DNA of 64,000 bases from Myxococcota bacterium (GCA_036229005.1 JAZAMN010000006.1:112223-176222), one strand, 5' to 3'. Positions 12,074-20,839 are shown, counted from the stretch's first letter. Notes: generated by a model from the letters alone, not told the origin. Numbers and translations are program-made.

Positions 12074-13681
12074 TCAGGGGTTGGAAGCCCAGCCCCCGTC
12101 CTTCATGGTCAGGTCGATCGAGTAGACAAAGGTGGGGTTGGCCAGCGCCTTGGGCGGCCTGGCGACGCGCTTGGGGATGCTGTTGAGCGCCAGGGCTTCG
12201 AGCTCCTCGTAGTCGCTGTGGCGCACGACCTCCTTGGAGAGCACCCGGCCGCGCTCGTCCACGGTGATCCGGACGCGCACGGTGCCCTGCACCCCCATGG
12301 CCTTGAGCTCGGTGGGGGTGTTCTCGCGCCACTGGCGGTCGATCTGCTCTTCGAGCTGCTTGTAGTAGCCGGCGTGTTCGTCCGCGCGGGCGTTGAACGC
12401 GCTGGTCGGGCCGACCTCCAGCTCTTGCTCCAGGGTCTCCACGGAGGCGAGGGCAGGGGCCCCTTCTTCGTGCTGGGTGCCTTGCACCGACGCCTGCGTC
12501 TGGGTCTTGAGCACCTGATCGCCACCCCAGCCAGGCGAGGTCTGCGGAGTGTCCGCCCCATCGACCTCCAGCTCGGTCACCGCCGGGGCGTCGTCCAGCT
12601 CCACCTGCTGGGGGTCTTGGGCGCTGTGGTCCTGCTCCCCCTGGCTCCCCTGGGTCTCCGGGGCGCGCTCCCCCCGGGCCTGCACCAGCTCCAGATCGAG
12701 GCTGCGCTCAGGGGTCTCCAGCTCGCTCGGAGCCAGGGTGGGCGGGGCGCGCCCGACGCTGGGGTCCACGCGCACCGCCATGGGCAGCCAGCCTTCGGGG
12801 GCGGGGGGTGGGGACTCTTCGCTGCCTGCGCGGGCCTCGGAGGGACCGCCTCGGGAGCTGGTGGATACCGCGCGAGCCCCTGCGCCCTGACTGTCGCTGC
12901 CTCGGCGGCCGCCGGCCTCATCCCCGTCTTTGCCTGGGCCGCGAGCCTGCGCCCCCCCTGCCTGGCCCAGTCCGTCCTCTCCCAAGGCCGCCTTGCGCTC
13001 CAGGGGCGTGGCCTGCTCGATGGGGGCGCGCAGCTCGGCCTCCTTCTCGCCACGCCGGGCCGCCTCCTGGTCAGGGGCGACCGTGGTGTCCGGGGAGTTG
13101 TTCCCGGCCTGTCCCTGGGCCCCCCGACTGCCCTCGGTGACCGGCCCCTCCAGCTCGGAGATGCTCTCGGCTCGCTGCTCGACGAGGGCGCGGTGGTCGA
13201 CCTCGGAGATGTGGCGCGTCGGCTCCACTGGAGGCGACGTGGCCGGGGCTTCGCTGCGGACGTTGATGCGGCGCGGATCCTCCTCATCCTGCTCGGCGGG
13301 CTCTTCCGGGGAGGCCTCCGCCAGGATCTGCGCGGGGTCCAGGCTGGCGTCGACCGTGGTGTCCTCGTCTGGGGGGTGCCCGCGCTCCGCGGGCTGCACA
13401 GAGGCCAGGGTCTCCAGATCCCCGGGGGTGAGCCCCGAGTCGGTCTGCTCCAGGTCCACCTCCTCGTCTCCCTCCACCGCATCCACCGGCAGGGTGGGCT
13501 CCGGAAGCTCCACGAAGCTGAGCTCGATGGGGGGCTCTGGCTGGCTGGCGTCGGCCTCCGGATCGCCCAGATGGATCACCATGAGGGCCAAGGGGAGGTG
13601 CAGGCAGAGGCTCAGTCCGATCGAGCGAAGCCAGCGCTTGCGGGCACGGACCCGGCGATCGTGCCGCGGATCCGGTCCCAG
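12074..13681 (-). CDS. Long TonB-like protein (SxxxH TM, disordered linker, TonB_C domain); start uncertain
   Basis: LSLCLH TM, C-terminal GVQGTVRVRITVDERGRV...SDYEELEALAL; no ATG/GTG/TTG just before the TM (candidates CTG 13681 or ATG 13783). Confidence 0.6.
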   Translation of the reverse strand: MGPDPRHDRRVRARKRWLRSIGLSLCLHLPLALMVIHLGDPEADASQPEPPIELSFVELPEPTLPVDAVEGDEEVDLEQTDSGLTPGDLETLASVQPAERGHPPDEDTTVDASLDPAQILAEASPEEPAEQDEEDPRRINVRSEAPATSPPVEPTRHISEVDHRALVEQRAESISELEGPVTEGSRGAQGQAGNNSPDTTVAPDQEAARRGEKEAELRAPIEQATPLERKAALGEDGLGQAGGAQARGPGKDGDEAGGRRGSDSQGAGARAVSTSSRGGPSEARAGSEESPPPAPEGWLPMAVRVDPSVGRAPPTLAPSELETPERSLDLELVQARGERAPETQGSQGEQDHSAQDPQQVELDDAPAVTELEVDGADTPQTSPGWGGDQVLKTQTQASVQGTQHEEGAPALASVETLEQELEVGPTSAFNARADEHAGYYKQLEEQIDRQWRENTPTELKAMGVQGTVRVRITVDERGRVLSKEVVRHSDYEELEALALNSIPKRVARPPKALANPTFVYSIDLTMKDGGWASNP

Positions 13682-13881
13682 ATCCGCTCCCTGGCGGGGG
13701 GCTCCAGGCGCCGCTGCAGAGCCCGGCGCGTCAGCTCCCCGCTGATCTCGAGCCCGCTTTGCATGTTCCTGCAGTCCTGACATTGGTCCAGGTGCCTCAG
13801 CAGAGCCTGACACGCCGCAGCCGACAAAGTGCCCAACTCCAGCTCCAACAAGGAACTGCTCACATCCTGACAGCTCGGCAT
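13612..13881 (-). CDS. Zinc-binding anti-sigma factor (zf-HC2/ZAS)
   Basis: MPSC...HLDQCQDC = HxxxCxxC; immediately downstream of ECF sigma. Confidence 0.8.
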   Translation of the reverse strand: MPSCQDVSSSLLELELGTLSAAACQALLRHLDQCQDCRNMQSGLEISGELTRRALQRRLEPPARERIWDRIRGTIAGSVPASAGFARSD

Positions 13882-13971
13882 CGGGGTCTCCGGTCAATTC
13901 CCTGCTTGAGATGCCGAAGGCCGCGCTCTGATTCGGACGGGGCGGATTGGACCTGAGCAGGATCGCCGCGC

Positions 13972-14577
13972 TCAGAGCTGTCCGGCCAGGTAGTCCTGCA
14001 GGGCCTCCCGGATGCTCAGGCGGGCGCGGTGCAGGCGGGTCTTGACGGCAGGCACGGAGAGGTCCAGGCGCTCCCCGATCTCCCGCATGCTGAGGTGCTC
14101 GAAGTCGGCGAGGATCAGGACCGCCCGGTACTTGTCGGGCAGCGCGTCGATGGCCTGGTGCAGGCGCTCACCGAGCTCGCGGTCCTCCATCGACTTGGGC
14201 GCGAGGGGGCGCAGGTCCACCACGGGGCGCTCGAAGCCGCCGTCCTCGGAGTAGCTGGGGCCCTGGATGCGCAGGGGCTGCTCGGGGCGACGCCGCCGAC
14301 TCCGTAGGCGCATGAGGCTCGCGTTCGAGGCGATCCGGAAGAGCCAGCCGCGGAAGGGGGACTCGGCCCGGTAGGTGTGCAGCTTGCGGTAGGCGTTCAG
14401 GAAGGTCTCCTGGACCACGTCGTGGGCCTCCGGCTCGTTGCGGACCATCCCCATCGCGATCGAGAAGACCCGGTCGCTGTAGCGGCGGAAGAGCTCTTCG
14501 AAGCTGCGGGGGTCACCGCTCAGGGTGCGGGTCACGAGCAGGCTGTCGTCGGAGATCTGGATGCTGGTCGAGGTCAT
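13972..14577 (-). CDS. ECF RNA polymerase sigma-70 factor
   Basis: SDDSLL, AHDVVQETFL, FRGWLFRIASN region 2; LSMREIGERLDLSVPAVKTRLHRAR region 4; GGAG SD before ATG 14577. Confidence 0.93.
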   Translation of the reverse strand: MTSTSIQISDDSLLVTRTLSGDPRSFEELFRRYSDRVFSIAMGMVRNEPEAHDVVQETFLNAYRKLHTYRAESPFRGWLFRIASNASLMRLRSRRRRPEQPLRIQGPSYSEDGGFERPVVDLRPLAPKSMEDRELGERLHQAIDALPDKYRAVLILADFEHLSMREIGERLDLSVPAVKTRLHRARLSIREALQDYLAGQL

Positions 14578-14736
14578 GCGCGGCTCCATCTGCAGCGGCC
14601 CCGGGGGGCCATTCACAGCGCCGTATGCCTGGCCTCTGCGAGCGGTTACCGGCCGATCCGATCGCCCGCGGGTTTTTTCGCCAAGGCGTGGTGGCTGCAG
14701 CGCCGCAAGGCTGGTCGCTCCGAGGATTAGGTGGGC

Positions 14737-15144
14737 ATGTCCAAGTCTCCTCGCGGTCTGCTTGAGAGGGTGCTGGGTCGCGGAAAGCGGCTGGCCCACC
14801 GTGTCCAGCAGCGGTCCCGCCCAAAGCGCCTGCCAGAAGGGACCCCCGTCGAGGTCGACTTTGGCGAGGCCGGCAGCGGGGAGGGGAAGGTGGGCCAGAG
14901 CCTGCTGCAGGTGGCCCGGGAGCTCGACATCGACCTGGACCACTTCTGTGGGGGGCGCTGCTCCTGCGGGACCTGCCGCATCATCGTGAGCGCCGAGACC
15001 GCGGGCAACCTGAGCCGGCCCTCCATGAATGAGGAGCTCGCGCTGGGAGCCAAGGCCGCCGCCCGGGGGGATCGGTTGGCCTGCCAGGCGCGCCTGCAGG
15101 GGCCCGTCTCGCTAAGGATCCCGAGCACCTTCAACGGAGCTTGA
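14737..15144 (+). CDS. 2Fe-2S ferredoxin-like protein with basic N-terminal extension
   Basis: CGGRCSCGTC and RLACQ cluster motifs. Confidence 0.88.
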   Translation: MSKSPRGLLERVLGRGKRLAHRVQQRSRPKRLPEGTPVEVDFGEAGSGEGKVGQSLLQVARELDIDLDHFCGGRCSCGTCRIIVSAETAGNLSRPSMNEELALGAKAAARGDRLACQARLQGPVSLRIPSTFNGA

Positions 15145-15648
15145 GTGCCCCCTCACGCCACCCGACGTCTGAACCTGGTCCTCGTCCCCGGTGACTGGGA
15201 CCGCCCCCCGCGGCCGGGCGCCCTGGAGCACCTCCAGGCCCTGCTCGAGGCCAAGGGCTACATCCTCTCCGACGGCCGCGCGGGCCCTCGGGCGCCAGAG
15301 CTCATCAGCGGGAGCTTCGCCCTGTTCCGAGTCGACAGGCCGCTGCGCTACGGCGTCTACGGCAACCGGGTGGGGGGCTTCCATGTCCGCTGTCCGGCGT
15401 GCGCTGCGGACATCCCCAAGCCCTGGGGCAAGGCGGTCGAGGGGCTGCGGGCCAAGGGGGAGTGGGTGCTCCAGTGTCCCGCCTGCCAGGTGGACATCGG
15501 GCCTGCAGGGGCGCTGACCATTCCGGAGGCACGCGTCGCGCGATTTGCGCTGGAGTTTCGAGATGTTGGCTCGGCAGATCTCAGGCGAATTCCAGAGTTT
15601 GATGCAGCGCTCGGGCCCGACTGGGGGTTGGTCTACCTTCGGGGCTGA
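15145..15648 (+). CDS. Hypothetical protein with double CxxC zinc ribbon
   Basis: Two CPAC motifs; GTG start abuts ferredoxin stop. Confidence 0.6.
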   Translation: MPPHATRRLNLVLVPGDWDRPPRPGALEHLQALLEAKGYILSDGRAGPRAPELISGSFALFRVDRPLRYGVYGNRVGGFHVRCPACAADIPKPWGKAVEGLRAKGEWVLQCPACQVDIGPAGALTIPEARVARFALEFRDVGSADLRRIPEFDAALGPDWGLVYLRG

Positions 15649-15654
15649 GCCTGC

Positions 15655-16539
15655 TCAGTAGAGGCGCTCGACCCTCCCCGCCTGCTCAGCGCGCGCGCCC
15701 GGGGCGCCGACAAAGAGCGCTCCATCCACTGCCAGCAGGCTGCTCCCGAACAGGCCCACGCCCACGTCGATCTGGGTGAGTTGGCCGTCTGCGTACAGGT
15801 ACACGGCGCCGGCAAAGTCCTCGGCGAAGGGCGCGCCGATGAACAGCCCCTGCGCTCCACAGGCCAGCGCGCTGCCGAAGCCCTCGTCTGCGGGGCCGAT
15901 GCTCAGAGGGGTCTGCTCCAGGGTCTCGTAGAGGTGGACCTGACCGGCTCCTGGGGCACCGACCGCCAGCTCCTCCAAGCCGTCCCCGTCGACGTCACAG
16001 GCCACGACCGCTGCGCCGGCGCGATCCAGGGGCTCTGCGCGCTCCAGGCTCAAGCTGGGGGTCCACACTGCGGTGTCACCGGTCGCCAGGCCCACTGCGG
16101 GCTCGCCCTGCCACCAGGTCAAGCTGCTCCCCCAGCCCGGGAGAGGAGTGGACGTGTCGGCGATCCAGAGATCTTGGTCCACCAACCGGGCCAGGCCTTG
16201 TTCCGTGCTGAGCAAGGCACGGTCTGGCGCCCCCGAGGTCAGGGCGGCGCTCACCACAAGGGAGCCGTCGTGTGCGGCCAGGGCGTAGCCTTCGCCAAGC
16301 GCCAGGCCGCTGGGCTCCGGTTCCTGGTCGCCCTGGATGGAGTAGAGCTTCTGGGCGCCCGGTGCGGAGATGTGGAGGGCCCGGCCATCCCACGCCAGCG
16401 CGGTCCCGAAGTGGTCGTCCGCGTCTTGCCCTTGGAAGGTGCCGTCGGGCATCCCTGGGGCGGAGGCTCCGGTGTCTGCGGAGTCACTGTCGGAGAAGTC
16501 GACGACGGCCGGGGCGCAAGCGAGCAGCAGGTGGAGCAT
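15655..16539 (-). CDS. FG-GAP (integrin-alpha-like) repeat lipoprotein
   Basis: LLLAC lipobox-like start, FGTALA/FGSALA, DVDGDGLEELAVGAP, GAVYLY repeats. Confidence 0.75.
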   Translation of the reverse strand: MLHLLLACAPAVVDFSDSDSADTGASAPGMPDGTFQGQDADDHFGTALAWDGRALHISAPGAQKLYSIQGDQEPEPSGLALGEGYALAAHDGSLVVSAALTSGAPDRALLSTEQGLARLVDQDLWIADTSTPLPGWGSSLTWWQGEPAVGLATGDTAVWTPSLSLERAEPLDRAGAAVVACDVDGDGLEELAVGAPGAGQVHLYETLEQTPLSIGPADEGFGSALACGAQGLFIGAPFAEDFAGAVYLYADGQLTQIDVGVGLFGSSLLAVDGALFVGAPGARAEQAGRVERLY

Positions 16540-16616
16540 GGTGGGAGCTTAACCGGAGCAATTGGGGGCGCGCGGCGCTGTGCTGTGTTACCTGGGCGCG
16601 TCTCAGGAGGGCCTGG

Positions 16617-17033
16617 ATGGCCTCTATTCGTCGTCAGATCTCGATTGCAGCGGGTCCCCGCGCGGTCTGGAACACCCTGACCACCGCTGATGGGTGGATG
16701 TCCTGGTACGCGGATGACGCGCGCCTGGACGCCCGAAAGGGTGGTCGTGTGGTGCTGACGATCGAGGATGATGAGGGCGAGCCGGTAGAAGAGGTGGGGA
16801 CCTTCCACACCTTCCGGCCCACCCGCCGTCTGGAGATCTCCTGGGATCGTGTGTCTCCCGCAGTCACCAAGGGCACCCAGCTCAGCTTCACCATCGCGCG
16901 CGACGGTGAGGAGACCCGGGTGAACTTGGTGCACTCTGGCGGCGGCGTTCTTGATGATGAGGACGCACGCGCCGAACTCGACAAAACCTGGCGTCAGGCC
17001 CTCAGCGCTCTTCGGGATGCGCTCGAGGGTTGA
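16617..17033 (+). CDS. SRPBCC/AHSA1 domain protein
   Basis: [28 protein letters not shown]...W...LDARKGG...VHSG...W C-terminal helix. Confidence 0.85.
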   Translation: MASIRRQISIAAGPRAVWNTLTTADGWMSWYADDARLDARKGGRVVLTIEDDEGEPVEEVGTFHTFRPTRRLEISWDRVSPAVTKGTQLSFTIARDGEETRVNLVHSGGGVLDDEDARAELDKTWRQALSALRDALEG

Positions 17034-17091
17034 TTGTTTGACGCCCGAGCCCCGATGTACTAATCGGCGGTGGTTCGGAGGTATATTTTTC

Positions 17092-17298
17092 ATGGCCCGT
17101 CGCAGGTCTCCCAAGATTTCCGCAGACGCCGACATCGACTACAAGGATGTCGATATGCTCAAGAAGTTCCTGACCGAGGGTGGCAAGATCCTGCCCCGTC
17201 GTCTCACGGGACTCAGCGCAAAGCAGCAGCGTCAGATCACCCAGGCCATCAAGCGTGCTCGTCACGTGGCGATGCTGCCCTACACCCGCGTCGACTGA
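17092..17298 (+). CDS. rpsR: 30S ribosomal protein S18 (Cys-free form)
   Basis: [26 protein letters not shown]...[26 protein letters not shown]. Confidence 0.96.
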   Translation: MARRRSPKISADADIDYKDVDMLKKFLTEGGKILPRRLTGLSAKQQRQITQAIKRARHVAMLPYTRVD

Positions 17299-17321
17299 GT
17301 CGCCGCAGAGCCTGCGGTCTC

Positions 17322-17417
17322 CGCTCCTGGGGGCCGCAAGGGTCACCGTCTGGTGACCCACGCAACAGGGAGGCCTTCGGGTCTCCCTGCTGTGCTCTGG
17401 GGTGGGTCTCCGGAGCG
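17322..17417 (+). ncRNA. Candidate structured RNA (three-way junction) between rpsR and ygfZ
   Basis: Outer stem 17322-17335/17405-17417, hairpin GGGTCACC-GTCT-GGTGACCC, hairpin CAGGGAGGCC-TTCG-GGTCTCCCTG. Confidence 0.35.
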
Positions 17418-17443
17418 CGCTGGATCTGAGAGGAGGCATCGAG

Positions 17444-18469
17444 ATGCGCGTGGAGCTGTTGGCTGAACAAGGTGGGGTGGTCGTGGATGGGGTGGTCCAG
17501 CACTACGGCGACCCAGAGGCCGAGCTCAAGGCCGCGGAGGCTGGCCTGGTGATGGTGGCGCCGCCCCGGCCAGGCATGCTGGAGCTGCAGGGGGATGACG
17601 CCCAGCGCTTCTGCAACAGCATGCTGACAAACAACTTCAGGGATCTGGCTCCAGGTGCCCGGGTTCACACGGCAATCACGGATTCAAAGGCCCGGGTCGA
17701 GGCGCTGCTCGATGGGTGGATGGTGGCCCCTGGGAACTTCCTGCTGGTGTTTGAGGACACGGACATGGAGTGGGCCCACGACCGGCTCGACATGTACATC
17801 ATCATGGACCCCATCGAGCTCATCGCGCGGCACGAAGAGTGGGGGCTGTTGCACCTGCGGGGAGCGGGCGCCAGTGAGGCGCTGCAGGCCTTGGGTCTTC
17901 CGGAGATCAGCAGCCTGACCTCGCTGGAGGACGGGGGTTTTGCGGGGCCGAATGACCGCTATGGTGCCCCGGGGGTGGACCTGATGGTGCCTTTTGCGGC
18001 GCTGGTTTCGCTCTTCTCCCGCCTCAAGGATGCCGGGGTGGCTCCAGTGGGCTTTCTTGCGGCCGAGGCGCTCCGGATCCGGGCTGGCCTGCCGCGCCAC
18101 CCGCAGGACATCGGCAAGCGCGCTTTTCCGCACGAGCTGGGGCTTCGGGACCGGATCTGCAGCTTCACCAAGGGCTGCTACATGGGGCAGGAGATCATCA
18201 ATCGCATGGACACGATGGGCAAGCTGACCCGCCGCTTGGTCCTGGTGGAGCTGGAGCAGCCTGCGGAGCCCGGGGTCGAGCTGCAGGTGGAAGGAAAGGG
18301 AGTCGGTGAGTTGACAAGCGTCAGCTCCCTTGGTGGGCGCCACCTGGGCCTGGGCATCCTGCGCAAAGCGGCTTGGGAGGCGGGGAGTGCCCTTGATGTG
18401 ATACCTGAGGGTTCTGCGCGCAGTCTGGGCCCGGTACGCAGCGGCCCTGATGCCCCGCCCGAAGGCTAG
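17444..18469 (+). CDS. ygfZ: Folate-binding YgfZ/GcvT-family protein
   Basis: KGCYMGQE signature; GcvT-like N-terminus; AGGAGG SD. Confidence 0.88.
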   Translation: MRVELLAEQGGVVVDGVVQHYGDPEAELKAAEAGLVMVAPPRPGMLELQGDDAQRFCNSMLTNNFRDLAPGARVHTAITDSKARVEALLDGWMVAPGNFLLVFEDTDMEWAHDRLDMYIIMDPIELIARHEEWGLLHLRGAGASEALQALGLPEISSLTSLEDGGFAGPNDRYGAPGVDLMVPFAALVSLFSRLKDAGVAPVGFLAAEALRIRAGLPRHPQDIGKRAFPHELGLRDRICSFTKGCYMGQEIINRMDTMGKLTRRLVLVELEQPAEPGVELQVEGKGVGELTSVSSLGGRHLGLGILRKAAWEAGSALDVIPEGSARSLGPVRSGPDAPPEG

Positions 18470-18525
18470 ATGATCGCATGAGGATCGGGGGTGTGAATCC
18501 GCCTTGGTGGCCGATTCATGCCCTC

Positions 18526-18568
18526 TTTACGTGTCAACGATTGACGCGTCAAGCCCCTGTGCTACGTT
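18526..18568 (+). promoter_or_regulatory. Sigma70-type promoter with tandem palindromic operator boxes
   Basis: TTGACG (18541) N16 TACGTT (18563) with extended TG; boxes TTTACGTGTCAA (18526-18537) and perfect palindrome TTGACGCGTCAA (18541-18552). Confidence 0.6.
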
Positions 18569-18642
18569 TAAGACGGGAACAACCTTCCCAGGGATTGGAA
18601 GCCCGACCCAGGTCGGGAGAACACATGCTCAGGGAGGCCAAA

Positions 18643-18888
18643 ATGGCTTCAAATCCAAAGAGTCGGGAACGCGTCGCTCGTAACTTCATCCGGAGCTACG
18701 GTCGTAGTCGCTTCCGTCGTCTGCTTGAGGCGCTGGCCGCCGGCGAGTCTGGTCAGAAGGTCGCGGACGAGTTCGGCGTGAGCCGCGAGCGGGTCCGTCA
18801 GTGGAAGAACACCTTCGGGACCGTGATCACCATCTACCAGGTGCACCCCGAGGTCGACCGGATCCTGCGGGAGCGCCGCACGGCTTGA
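18643..18888 (+). CDS. Small basic HTH protein (sigma region 4.2-like)
   Basis: GGGAGG SD; QKVADEFGVSRERVRQ helix-turn-helix; 81 aa. Confidence 0.75.
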   Translation: MASNPKSRERVARNFIRSYGRSRFRRLLEALAAGESGQKVADEFGVSRERVRQWKNTFGTVITIYQVHPEVDRILRERRTA

Positions 18889-18965
18889 GCGGCGCCTGAC
18901 CCAAGGGCTCGTTAGGAAAGCTCCAGAATCGGGCCGCGCATAGCGGTTCAGACAAGGAGCAGTTC

Positions 18966-20222
18966 ATGAGCGCGAAGGTCTACGTTGCTGGCGGTGCGAT
19001 CACCCCCTTCATCGGAAAGGGGAACCCCGACTTCATCTGGAAGCGCCACCCGGACTTCGGGACTCGGGAGAACCCGAGCCTCAAGGACTACCTGGTGCGC
19101 GCCGTGAGCGAGGCCGCGGAGGCGACGGGCGTTGACCTCAAGCAGGTCGACAAGGCCTATGTCGCGAATTTCGTGGGTGAGCTCTTCGTGAACCAGGGTC
19201 ACCTGGGCGCCGCGCTGGCGGGCTCTCACCCTGATCTGGCTGGAAAGCCCTCCATGCGCGTGGAGGGCGCTTGTGCTTCAGGCGGTCTGGCCATGGCCGC
19301 CGGCGTGGACGCCATCAAGGCGGGCGCCGACCTGGTGCTGGTCGCAGGCGTCGAGGTGCAGACCACCGCCTCCGCGCGCACCGGTGGGGACTACCTGGCC
19401 CGCGCCGCAGACTACGAGCGCCAGCGCCCCATGGACGACTTCACCTTCCCGGCGCTGTTCGCCCGGCGCATGAAGGCCTACCGCACGGCCTTTGACGTGA
19501 GCGAGGAGGACGTGGGCCGGGTGGCCGTCAAGGCCTACAACAACGCCAACAAGAACCCGCTGGCGCACATGCGGGCCCGCAAGGTGGACCTGGAGTTCGC
19601 CAAGGCCCCCAACGACAAGAACCCCAACTTCTTGAGCAACGAGGAGTTCTCGCCCTGGCTCAAGGTGACCGACTGCTCGCAGGTGAGCGACGGCGGCGCC
19701 GCGATGTTCCTGGTGTCCGAGGCCGGCATCGAGAAGCTGGGCTTGAACAAGTCCGACTGCATCGAGCTGGTTGGCATCGGTCAGGCGACCGCGTCCCTGT
19801 ACGAGGACGGTGACCTGACCGAGATGTCCACCACCAAGCTCGCTGCCGAGCGCGCCTACGGCCAGGCCAACCTGGGGCCCATGGACGTGCAGGTCGCTGA
19901 GGTTCACGACTGTTTCACCATCGCTGAGCTGCTGATGTACGAGGCCCTGGGCTTCGCTGAGCGCGGCAAGGCCGCGGAGCTCGTCAAGGAGGGCGTCACC
20001 GATCTCGACGGCCGCCTGCCTGTGAACACTGGTGGCGGTCTGGTGGGCTTCGGGCACCCGGTCGGCGCCACCGGCGTCAAGCAGGTGCTGGAGATCTGGC
20101 GCCAGATGAAGGGACGCTGCGGGGACTACCAGGTGTCGAACAACCCCAAGGTGGGACTGACCGCAAACATGGGTGGCGATGACAAGTCGGTCGTCGTGGC
20201 CCTCTTCCAGGACTGCGCATGA
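18966..20222 (+). CDS. SCP2-type thiolase (acetyl-CoA acyltransferase)
   Basis: EGACASGG active Cys, HDCF and GHP motifs, NMGGDDK C-terminus. Confidence 0.92.
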   Translation: MSAKVYVAGGAITPFIGKGNPDFIWKRHPDFGTRENPSLKDYLVRAVSEAAEATGVDLKQVDKAYVANFVGELFVNQGHLGAALAGSHPDLAGKPSMRVEGACASGGLAMAAGVDAIKAGADLVLVAGVEVQTTASARTGGDYLARAADYERQRPMDDFTFPALFARRMKAYRTAFDVSEEDVGRVAVKAYNNANKNPLAHMRARKVDLEFAKAPNDKNPNFLSNEEFSPWLKVTDCSQVSDGGAAMFLVSEAGIEKLGLNKSDCIELVGIGQATASLYEDGDLTEMSTTKLAAERAYGQANLGPMDVQVAEVHDCFTIAELLMYEALGFAERGKAAELVKEGVTDLDGRLPVNTGGGLVGFGHPVGATGVKQVLEIWRQMKGRCGDYQVSNNPKVGLTANMGGDDKSVVVALFQDCA

Positions 20223-20776
20223 ACAAGAGCCTGCTGTACGTAGGAGGAGCTGTCCTCGGTATCGGCGCCGCAGTGGCGGTGTTCTCCGTGATGGGGGGAG
20301 GGGATGAGTCCCCCGAGCCCGGAGCGCAGACCGAGCAGGTCGCTGCCGGCGACCCGGCCGGGCCGCGAGGCGAGAAGGTGAAGATCGCGGAGGGGGTCAG
20401 CTACGATCCCAACCTCGATCGCCGGACGCCGCCGGCGGAGGCTGGCACGGGTGATCAGCCCATGCGGGCGGATCAACAGGCGGTCGCCGATCTGCTGCAG
20501 CGCCCTGTCGCGCAGCTTATCTCTGGCACGGACTCCAGCCTGCGTCATGTCTCCCTCCAGGTGCGTGCAGCGGGCGACGATGAGCTCGCCGACGACATCG
20601 TCAGCTACATCGATGAGGTCCGTCCCTACAAGCGACAGGCAGATATCGATGAGGCTGCGTTGGTCGCGCGCCTCAAGGGGCTCATCGAGCGGGCTGAGAA
20701 GGTCTCCGGCCTGAGCGCAGACGGCCAGCGCTCGCTGGGTGTGGTCAAGGACAAGCTCGCCCAGTACGAGGGCTGA
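20219..20776 (+). CDS. Hypothetical membrane-anchored helical protein
   Basis: N-terminal TM, ATGA overlap with thiolase. Confidence 0.65.
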   Translation: MNKSLLYVGGAVLGIGAAVAVFSVMGGGDESPEPGAQTEQVAAGDPAGPRGEKVKIAEGVSYDPNLDRRTPPAEAGTGDQPMRADQQAVADLLQRPVAQLISGTDSSLRHVSLQVRAAGDDELADDIVSYIDEVRPYKRQADIDEAALVARLKGLIERAEKVSGLSADGQRSLGVVKDKLAQYEG

Positions 20777-20839
20777 CGGGTGGGCGGCGTGGCTCTCTGC
20801 GCCGCCCATGTGCAAGAGTAGAGGGGACGGAGGAGTCCG

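Noticed and set aside
17038..17064. Sigma70 promoter for rpsR (TTGACG...TACTAAT)
   Set aside because: The spacing to a proper TAnnnT -10 does not fit well enough to call.
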